Assembly: GCA_036676495.1 (NCBI GenBank)
Contig: JAKFCT010000016.1
Span: 1-12,231 of the forward strand
Origin: Candidatus Sericytochromatia bacterium
GTDB taxonomy: Bacteria; Cyanobacteriota; Sericytochromatia; S15B-MN24; UBA4093
Length of the DNA: 12,231 nt
Direction of reading: 5' to 3'
The translations under genes and the position numbers were made by a program. The first letter of the stretch is position 1. Each line of letters starts with the position of its first letter. This document shows positions 1 to 7,600 of this stretch, piece after piece. A model generated the notes under the pieces. That model saw only the letters and a program-made list of their open reading frames with translations, made no database searches and was not told the DNA's origin.

Positions 1-975
1 CTAGAAGTTGATGACCTTCTGCATCGCCTCGACGACCCGCTCCGCGCTGGGCAGGTACTCGAGATCGAGCGTGTAGGGGAACGGGGTGTCCCAGCCGGTG
101 ACCCGGACCATGGGAGCTTCGAGCGACATGAGCGCCTTCTCGTTGATGAGCGCCATGATCTCGGCGGCGTAGCCGCTGGTCTTGGGGGCTTCCTGGACGA
201 TCACGACGCGGCCGGTCTTCTCGACGGACTTGATGATGGTGTCGATGTCGAGGGGAACGATCGAGCGCAGGTCGATGACCTCGGGGTCCATGCCCATGGC
301 CGCGGCCTTCTTGGCGGCGTCCAGGGCGGTGTGGGTCATCGAGCCGTAGGCGATGACGGTCACCTGCGAGCCGGGGCGGACGATGTTGGCCTTGCCGAGC
401 TCGATGGTGTAGTCGCCGGCGGGAACGTCACCCTTGGCCGCGCGGTACATCCGCTTGGGCTCCATGAAGATGACGGGGTCGTCCTGGCGCATGGCGGCCA
501 GGAGGAGGCCCTTGGCATCCTCTGGAGTGGCGGGGATGACGACCTTGAGGCCGGAGGTATGGGCCCAGTAGGCTTCATTCGACTGCGAGTGGTAGTGGCC
601 GCCCTTGATGCCGCCGCCGTAAGGGGTGCGGACGACCATGGGGCAGGAGTACTGACCGCCCGAGCGGTAGCGGAACTTCGCCATCTCGTTGACGATCTGA
701 TCGAACGCCGGATACATGTAGTCGGCGAACTGGATCTCGGCCACGGGGCGCAGGCCGTTGACGGCCATGCCGATGGCGGTGGCGATGATGCCGGTCTCGG
801 CCAACGGGGTGTCGATGACCCGCTCGACGCCGAACTCCTTCTGGAGGCCGGTGGTGGCGCGGAAGACGCCGCCGAACTTGCCCACGTCCTCGCCGAGCAC
901 GACCACGCGGTCGTCCTGGCTCATCTGGATCCGGAGGGCGTCATTGACGGCCTGGATGATGTTCATCGTGGGCAT
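1..975 (-). CDS. bkdA2: 2-oxoisovalerate (branched-chain 2-oxoacid) dehydrogenase E1 beta subunit, 324 aa
   Basis: GEDVGKFGGVFR, DTPLAETGI, EIQFADYMYPAFDQIVNEMAKFRYRSGG and GGHYHSQS are transketolase-family E1beta motifs of BCKDH type. The ATG (975-973) overlaps the E1alpha stop as TAATG. Confidence 0.9.
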   Translation of the reverse strand: MPTMNIIQAVNDALRIQMSQDDRVVVLGEDVGKFGGVFRATTGLQKEFGVERVIDTPLAETGIIATAIGMAVNGLRPVAEIQFADYMYPAFDQIVNEMAKFRYRSGGQYSCPMVVRTPYGGGIKGGHYHSQSNEAYWAHTSGLKVVIPATPEDAKGLLLAAMRQDDPVIFMEPKRMYRAAKGDVPAGDYTIELGKANIVRPGSQVTVIAYGSMTHTALDAAKKAAAMGMDPEVIDLRSIVPLDIDTIIKSVEKTGRVVIVQEAPKTSGYAAEIMALINEKALMSLEAPMVRVTGWDTPFPYTLDLEYLPSAERVVEAMQKVINF

Positions 976-2114
976 TAGTGCTTCTCCTTAGAGGCCTTGA
1001 GGCCTTCGAGGTGGGCCAGGAGCTCTTCGCGCTGCTCCTCGAGGTTCCAGGGGTTCTCGGAGAAGACGTCCTCGAAGATGGTCTCGGGGGCCGGGGCCGG
1101 GGTGTTCTCGGCGGCCTCGACGGCGGCCTGGATCTCGGCCTTGAGTTCTTCCTGAAGCTTGTCCTCGAACGACTGGTTCCAGAGACCGATCTTCGAGAGG
1201 TAGCGGCGGAAGCGCTCGATGGGATCCTTCTTCTCCCACTCCTTGACGTCGGCCTCGTCACGGTAGCCCGAGGGATCGTCGGAGGTGGAGTGCGCGCCGA
1301 TGCGGTAGGTGACGGCCTCGATCAGGGTCGGGCCGCCGCCGTTGCGGGCCTTCTCGGCGGCGCGGCGGGTGACCTCGATGACGGCGAAGATGTCGTTGCC
1401 GTCGACCAGGACGCCTTCGAAGCCGTAGGCGTTGGCCTTCTGGGCGAAGGTCTCGCTGGCGGTCTGCAGCTCGCGCGGCGTGGAGATGGCCCAGCCGTTG
1501 TTGCGGCAGAAGAAGATGACCGGGGTGTTCCAGACGCCGGCGAAGTTCATGCCGACGTGGAAGTCGCCCTCGGAGGTCGCGCCCTCACCGAAGTAGGTGA
1601 TGAAGACGGTGTCTTCCTTGCGGAGCTTGGCGGCGTAGGCGGCGCCCACGGCCTGGGGGATCTGCGTCGCCAGGGGGCTCGAGATCGAGACGATGTTCTT
1701 GTGGCGGAAGGAGTAGTGAACCGGCATCTGGCGGCCCTTGGTGTAGTCGAGGCCGTTGCCGTAGCACTGGTTGGTCATCTCCAGCAGGGTGATGCCCCGC
1801 CAGATGTAGGCGCCCTGCTCGCGGTAGCAGGGGAGCATCCAGTCGGTGTCGCGCAGAGCGTAGGACGAGCCCACGGTCGCGGCTTCCTCGCCGGTCGAGC
1901 CGAGGTAGAAGCCGAGGCGGCCCTGGCGCTGCAGGGTGATCATGCGCTGATCGAAGGCCCGGGTCTTGACCATGGCGCGGTAGAGCTTGAGCAGATCCTC
2001 GCGGGGGATGTTGGGCATCCGATCCGCATTGGCGCTGCCGTCTTCATTGAGCACGGAGTAAGGTGCGTCCGTCATTGGCCCGACCTTTCCGATCTTAACA
2101 TCTACTAAGCTCAC
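975..2114 (-). CDS. bkdA1: 2-oxoisovalerate (branched-chain 2-oxoacid) dehydrogenase E1 alpha subunit, TPP-dependent, 379 aa
   Basis: [39 protein letters not shown] motif [11 protein letters not shown]...RNNGWAIS and active-site loop [14 protein letters not shown] start at 2114 with AAGGAG RBS at 2126-2121. Confidence 0.9.
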   Translation of the reverse strand: MSLVDVKIGKVGPMTDAPYSVLNEDGSANADRMPNIPREDLLKLYRAMVKTRAFDQRMITLQRQGRLGFYLGSTGEEAATVGSSYALRDTDWMLPCYREQGAYIWRGITLLEMTNQCYGNGLDYTKGRQMPVHYSFRHKNIVSISSPLATQIPQAVGAAYAAKLRKEDTVFITYFGEGATSEGDFHVGMNFAGVWNTPVIFFCRNNGWAISTPRELQTASETFAQKANAYGFEGVLVDGNDIFAVIEVTRRAAEKARNGGGPTLIEAVTYRIGAHSTSDDPSGYRDEADVKEWEKKDPIERFRRYLSKIGLWNQSFEDKLQEELKAEIQAAVEAAENTPAPAPETIFEDVFSENPWNLEEQREELLAHLEGLKASKEKH

Positions 2115-3093
2115 TAGGATCTCCTTCCGTAGTGGGTTTATCGCTGGTGCTGGGGGATTCGTCGCCAGGGGTCTGGTTTCCGTTCAAGCGGCCCTGTTTC
2201 TCCAGGACCCCCTTGATGAAGAACTCACCGGCACGGTACGACGAGCGAACCAGAGGGCCGCTCGCAACGTAGAGGAAGCCCTCGGCCTCGGCGAGCAGCT
2301 TGTACTCTTCGAAGACGGAGGGAGGCACGAACTCGACCACCTTCAGGTGGCGCTGGGTGGGCTGGAGGTACTGCCCGAAGGTGACGATGTCGCAGTTCAC
2401 GGCGCGCAGATCGCGCAGGGCCTGCATGACCTCCTCGCGGGTCTCGCCCAGGCCGAGCATGATCGACGTCTTGGTGAACGTCTGAGGGCTCATGGCCTTG
2501 ATGTCGGCGAGGACCTTCAAGGATTGGCGGTAGGTGGCGCGGCGATCGCGGACCCGCGGGGTCAGGCTCTCGACGGTCTCGATGTTATGGGCCACCACCT
2601 CGGCGCCGGCGTCCACCACGTTGCGGAGCTGGTCGACGTTGCCCTGGAAGTCGGGGATCAGCACCTCGACGATCACCTTGGGCGTCCGGCGCTTGATGGC
2701 GCGGATGGTCTCGCCGAAGTGGTTGGATCCGCCGTCCTCGAGGTCGTCGCGGTCCACCGAGGTGAGCACGACGTACTCGAGGCCCATGGTCTCGACCGTG
2801 CCGGAAACCTTTTCGGGCTCGTGCGGATCGAGGGGATTGGGGTTCTTGGCGGTCTTGATGTGGCAGAAGCGGCAGCCCCGGGTGCAGGTGTCCCCCATGA
2901 GCATGAGGGTGGCGGTGCCGCCTCCCCAGCACTCCCCGATGTTCGGGCAGGAGGCTTCCTGGCAAACGGTATGCAGCTTGAGCTCGGTGACGCGCTCCTT
3001 GATGGAGAGGTAGTTATCGCCGGACGGCGGCCGAATCTTCAACCACTCCGGCTTCCGCCGGGGGTCTTGCGGGGATTGGCTCATGGCTCTCAT
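2095..3093 (-). CDS. lipA: Lipoyl synthase (radical SAM); start at ATG 3093 or 3084
   Basis: Auxiliary cluster motif CX4CX5C ([12 protein letters not shown]), radical SAM CX3CX2C (CTRGCRFC), [20 protein letters not shown] and RSSY. Lies directly upstream of the lipoate-dependent dehydrogenase genes. Confidence 0.97.
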   Translation of the reverse strand: MRAMSQSPQDPRRKPEWLKIRPPSGDNYLSIKERVTELKLHTVCQEASCPNIGECWGGGTATLMLMGDTCTRGCRFCHIKTAKNPNPLDPHEPEKVSGTVETMGLEYVVLTSVDRDDLEDGGSNHFGETIRAIKRRTPKVIVEVLIPDFQGNVDQLRNVVDAGAEVVAHNIETVESLTPRVRDRRATYRQSLKVLADIKAMSPQTFTKTSIMLGLGETREEVMQALRDLRAVNCDIVTFGQYLQPTQRHLKVVEFVPPSVFEEYKLLAEAEGFLYVASGPLVRSSYRAGEFFIKGVLEKQGRLNGNQTPGDESPSTSDKPTTEGDPSELSRC

Positions 3094-3182
3094 TCCCGGG
3101 CCATGCGAGGTCCGGGATCCTTATTCGATACGGGGAGCGAACTCCCCTCAAACGGCTCCAGAAGGCTCTACAGGCCCCCCTC

Positions 3183-3212
3183 AGGATACCGGGAGTCGCG
3201 CGGATTTGTCAA
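3183..3212 (-). promoter_or_regulatory. Putative sigma70 promoter of the lipA-bkdA1-bkdA2 operon
   Basis: Minus strand TTGACA (3212-3207) - 18 nt - TATCCT (3188-3183), about 90-100 nt upstream of the lipA start. Confidence 0.7.
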
Positions 3213-3312
3213 AGGAACGCCCGCTGTTGATGAGCAGCCCGGCGGACCCTGGTAATCGCGCTTTGCGACGGGGTATATGGGGATCGCTAGCCCCGTTTGC
3301 GGAGGAGCTCCC

Positions 3313-3681
3313 ATGCCGCTGTTCGAACTACAGCTCAAATTCCCGGATCAGCTGGCCGAAGCCGAGGAGACCATCACGGAATTCCTCGAAGCCGGCCGCG
3401 AAATGGCCGCTTCCGAAGGGTTGCCCCAGCTGGTGGTGCTCAAGAAATTCCTCGACGACGCGACCTTCCACCTGGTGCTGATGGACGACCTCGACCCCGA
3501 GCTCGTCAGCTACCAGGGCCGCGGCTACGACGTGAGCTGGATGCGGATGAACGACGAGCCGCCGCCGCCGCCCGAAGGCGTCGCTCCGGCCGGAGAGCAT
3601 AGCGCCTACGACCGGCCGCAGAGCGTCTCCGACGTCGCCAGTCGCGCCCGCCAGCAGAGCACCCGCTTCGGCGAGGCCTAG
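3313..3681 (+). CDS. Hypothetical acidic protein, 122 aa, with PPPPP linker and probably disordered C-terminal tail
   Basis: Strong RBS GGAGGAG (3301-3307) before ATG 3313; GC-rich third positions like neighbouring genes; no recognised family. Confidence 0.75.
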   Translation: MPLFELQLKFPDQLAEAEETITEFLEAGREMAASEGLPQLVVLKKFLDDATFHLVLMDDLDPELVSYQGRGYDVSWMRMNDEPPPPPEGVAPAGEHSAYDRPQSVSDVASRARQQSTRFGEA

Positions 3682-4298
3682 CGGCTGGACCGGCTCGCCT
3701 CCGGGCTGCCCGCCGCATCGAGGATGACCGGCACCTGAAACCGCTTCTCCAGAAGCTCCAGCTGGCGCCGGTGCTCCCGGTCCAGCCGCGCCTCGGTGGG
3801 ATTGGTCAGCAAGAGGGCGATCGCCTCCAGCGCATCCCGCGTCGAGACCGCCGGATCCACCCGGCGATAGCGATCCGTCAGCTCCAGCAGCCGAAAGCGC
3901 TCCGCCGCCGTGAGCTCCGGGCTCATGGCGAGCCCGATCAGCTGCTGCATCGCGCGCCGGTACTCCGCCCCCCCGCTGCCCGCGCGCAGGGCCTGAAGCA
4001 TCAAGGTCCGCCCCCGCTTCACCGCCGGCCCCTCCGGGGCGTCCGCCGTCAGGCTCTCATCCACTTCCAGGCCGTGGCGCCGCAAGCGCGCCGCCAGGAA
4101 CTCCGCCTCGGACCGGCTCAGCAGCAGATCGTCCGAGAGCGCCACGTCGCGCAAGCGCTCCGCGTCCTGGGCATCGAAGCCGCCGTCGATCGTCAACGCG
4201 CGGTAGCGCTCCTCGAGATGCGATACCGGAACGGCCGCCGCCGACCCCGCCCCGAGCATGACCATGACCCCGATCGCCAAGAGCACGAGTCCGCGCAT
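3678..4298 (-). CDS. Hypothetical secreted helical protein, 206 aa (Sec signal peptide)
   Basis: RBS AGGGAGG (4310-4304) before ATG 4298; N-terminus MRGLVLLAIGVMVMLGAGSAAA|VP is a typical signal peptide with an AxA site. Stop overlaps the convergent gene's stop in CTAG. Confidence 0.75.
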   Translation of the reverse strand: MRGLVLLAIGVMVMLGAGSAAAVPVSHLEERYRALTIDGGFDAQDAERLRDVALSDDLLLSRSEAEFLAARLRRHGLEVDESLTADAPEGPAVKRGRTLMLQALRAGSGGAEYRRAMQQLIGLAMSPELTAAERFRLLELTDRYRRVDPAVSTRDALEAIALLLTNPTEARLDREHRRQLELLEKRFQVPVILDAAGSPEASRSSR

Positions 4299-4350
4299 CC
4301 GCACCTCCCTGTGACGCCGTAAACCTTGGTTTAAGCTTGAGCAAACTGAC

Positions 4351-4377
4351 GAAAGGCTCCTCAACCGGTCTCGATAA
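4351..4377 (+). promoter_or_regulatory. Possible sigma28 (FliA)-type promoter for the 64-aa ORF
   Basis: GAAA-N15-CTCGATAA versus consensus TAAA-N15-GCCGATAA, ending 28 nt before ATG 4406. Confidence 0.3.
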
Positions 4378-4405
4378 TCCTAGTGCAAGGAGACGCGAGG
4401 AAGCC

Positions 4406-4600
4406 ATGATGCAAGCGACGATTTCATGGGGTCAGGATCGAATCTACCGGTCCGTGGATTCCCTCGACAATCAGCTGAAGACCCAGCAGAAGGCCCGCGA
4501 GCAAGAGCGGAAAACCTTCCAGCAAGACGTCTTCCTGCGCTCCCGCGAGCTCGAGAGCCAGCTCGCCCGCCGGCAAGCGCCGTCCCAAGCCCTGAACTAA
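4406..4600 (+). CDS. Small hypothetical protein, 64 aa, Gln/Arg-rich predicted helix or coiled coil
   Basis: AAGGAG and GAGG upstream of ATG 4406; fills the gap between two larger genes with coding-like codon usage; TAA at 4598-4600. Confidence 0.6.
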   Translation: MMQATISWGQDRIYRSVDSLDNQLKTQQKAREQERKTFQQDVFLRSRELESQLARRQAPSQALN

Positions 4601-4615
4601 CGTCGTTTCTACCGC

Positions 4616-7600
4616 TTACTTCGTCTTGGCGTCCGCCGTCATGCCGGGTTCGAAGAGCGTGACCTGGTTCCGGCCGTTCCGCTTCGAATGGTAAAGCGCC
4701 GCGTCCGCCGCCTCCACGAGGTCGGCCGTCGTCTTGCCGTGATGGGGCGCCGTCGAGACCCCCACGCTGACCTTGACCTGCAGGACGGTGCCGTCAGAAT
4801 GCGGCAAGCCCGCCGCCTCGATGGCCGCGCGCACCCGCTCGGCCAGCACCATCGCCCCTTCGACCCCGGTATCCGGCATCAGCACCAGCATCTCCTCGCC
4901 CCCGAAGCGGGCGGGAATGTCGATGTCCTGGCGAATCGTCTTGCGGATGACGTCGGCCACCAGCTTCAGCACCAGGTCGCCCACCGCGTGGCCGTAGGTG
5001 TCGTTGAACTTCTTGAAGTGGTCCACGTCCATCATCAGGACCGAGACCTCCTCGCCGTAGCGCAGCGAGCGGCTCACTTCCTGGGTGAGGCGCTGCTCGA
5101 AGAACGAGCGGACGTAGAGGCGCGTGAGACCGTCCACCGTCGCGCGCTCGTAGAGCTGCGCGTTGGTGATGGCAATCGACGCCTGGCTCGCGATGGCGCT
5201 GAGCAGGTCGAGATCCTGGGATCCGAACGCCCCCACGACCTCCTTGGAGTCCACGTAAAGGACGCCAATCGACTGGTCCCGGGTCAAGAGCGGCACGCAG
5301 AGGATGGTCCGAAGATCCAGGGCCATGATGCTTCGCTGAGCTTGAAGCTCGGCGTTGGCCTGGGTATCCAGGTCACAGAAGGGCTCGCCGGTCGCCAGGA
5401 CCTGATGCCCGACCGTCTGAGAGAAGGAGACGGTCTCGGGATCCAGGGCGCCGTTGCGATCGTAGGCCATCTTGCAGGTGAGGCCTCCCTCTCCGCGCAT
5501 GAGGATCATGGCGCGATCCGCTCCGGTCAGCTCCAGGGCCGCCCGGCCGATCTTCGAGAGGACCTCGGAAAGCACCAGGGAGGTCGAGACCGAGCGCGCG
5601 AGCTGGTTGAGCATCTCCATCTGACGGGCCTTGGTCTGGGTTTCCGCCAGCAAGCGCGCGTTGTCGAGGCTTTGAGCGGCCTGCAGGGCGATCGCCTCCA
5701 CCAGCCTGCGGTCCTCCTCCGAGAAGCCGTGATGCACGGTCTGGCGATCCACGTAGATCACCCCGAGCACCCGATCCTGCACGCGCAGCGGCACCGAGAG
5801 GGCGGCCCGGATCTGCAGATCCATGACGCTGCGCTGGGTCGAGAAATCCGACCCTCCCAGCGCGTCCGCGATGAAGGTGGTCGTGCCGGAGCGGAAGCTC
5901 GACTCGGCGATGGAGCGGCTGAAGGCCAGCGCCTTTTCGGGTTCGAGGTTGTAGGTGGAGCGAATCTTCAGCTCGTCGCGCTCGTCAGGCAGCAGCAAGA
6001 GCCCGGAATCCGCCTCCAGCAACGAGGCCACCAGGGCCACCATGCGCTCCAGCAGGCGGTCGTAATCGGTGATCCCCTGGGTCTCGGAGGTGAAGCGGTT
6101 GAGGATCTCCAGCCGCCGCTTGGCGGCTCCCAGGGCCTCCAGCTCGGCCTGCAGCTCGCGTTCGCGCTGCAGGGACTCCAGGTAGCGCCGCTCCGAGACT
6201 CCCTTGCCGGCCACTTCCTCGGCGTGGCGCAGGGCGTCGAAGTCTCCCTGCTGGATCCTCCAGGGCTCCTCAAGGGAGAGCAAGTTCTCGGAGGCCTTGC
6301 CGCTCAAGCGTTCGAGCAGGGCCTCCAAGGCCGTGCGAACGCGGCGCAGGATGGCGTAGCCTTCCGGATTGCGGCCCGCGCATGCCGCGAGCCCGAAGGT
6401 GGCGTAGCCTTCCAGGAGGGTCGCGCCGGCCTCGCGCGCCACCTCGACGGCGTCCTCGAAGTGAATCCGCGCGCCCGAGAGATCCCCGCGCGAGAAGGCG
6501 ACTTCCCCGAGCAAGAGGCGCAGGCGGATGAGCAAGCGCTCGGCATGGCGCTCGTTGGCCTCCATGAGTGCCTCGGCTCCGAGCCGGTCGGCCTCGTTGA
6601 GGCGCCCTTCCTTGAGGGCGATCGCCGCGAGCAGGTAGCGCGCATGCGCCGTCTCGAACCCCAGCAAGGCCTTGCGGGCGGATTCCACCTCGCCGAGCCG
6701 CAAGAGGGCCTCGGAGAGCACCATGGCGGCGCGCTCGTCGAACTCGGTGTTGCCGGTCTTCTTGCCGTCCTCCAGGGCCAACTCGGCCCAGAGGGACGCT
6801 TCCAGCAGATCGCCGGCTTGCAGGTGAACCTCGGCGCCGAAGGAGCGCCACATGGTCTTGAGGTAGGCGTTCGGCTCCCGCTCCAGCTGGCCTTGGACCT
6901 CTTCGAGCAGGTCGAGCGCCGCGTCGAGTTCGGTCGACGCCGCCTTGGCGGCGGCCAGGGCCACGGTGGCCAGGCCGCGGTAGACGGAGTTCCCGATGAT
7001 CTCGGCTTCCTCGCGCGCCCGCTCGGCCTCCATCGCCGCGGTCTCGGCGCGGCCGCGCTCATGCGCCACCAGCGCCAAGTTGATATGCGCCGCCACCAGC
7101 TCGCCGCGGGCTCCGGTCTCGCGGCTCAGGGTCAGGGTCCGGGCGAAGGCGGCCTCCGCGCCGTGAATGTCCCCACAGGCCAGCTTGGCGTTGCCCAGGA
7201 GGTTGAGGGTGTCGTTGAGGCCCACCTTGTCGCCCAGGGGCTCCGAGACCTCCAGGGCTTCGATGAGCAGCTCGACGCCTTCATGCGGCCGGTTGGCGGC
7301 CAGCGCGTAGAGCATCCCCAGGAAGCCCAGCACTCCGCTCAGGCGCAAGGGATGGCCGGCGGCACGGGCGCGTGGCAGGGCCTCCTCGCAGACCGCGATG
7401 GCCTGGTCGGTCTCGCCCTTGAAGTAGTGATTACGGGCCTGGAACGTGATGCAGCGCAGCCACTCGGCGGGCGCCTCCTCCAGGGTCTCGCGCGCCTCGG
7501 CCAGGCGTTCGAGGGCCAACGCGTAGTTCGAGCGGATCTGGGCGCAGACCGCGTAGTTGGTGCGGATCACCCCGGCGCTGACCGGGTCGGGCGACAGCGC

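Noticed and set aside
1255-1310. Idea that the nearby kinase phosphorylates the E1alpha HSTSDD loop, as in mitochondria
   Set aside because: Mitochondrial BCKD kinase is a GHKL-type enzyme, not Hanks-type; the Ser is conserved for catalytic reasons; proximity is the only link.
331-3255. + strand ORFs 331-978, 978-2108, 2347-3255 and similar
   Set aside because: Antisense shadows of conserved metabolic genes.
4330-4340. AAGCTTAAA shared between this intergenic region (minus strand) and 11848-11856 (plus strand)
   Set aside because: A short match built on a 6-bp palindrome, in opposite orientation relative to the two exported-protein genes; compatible with chance.
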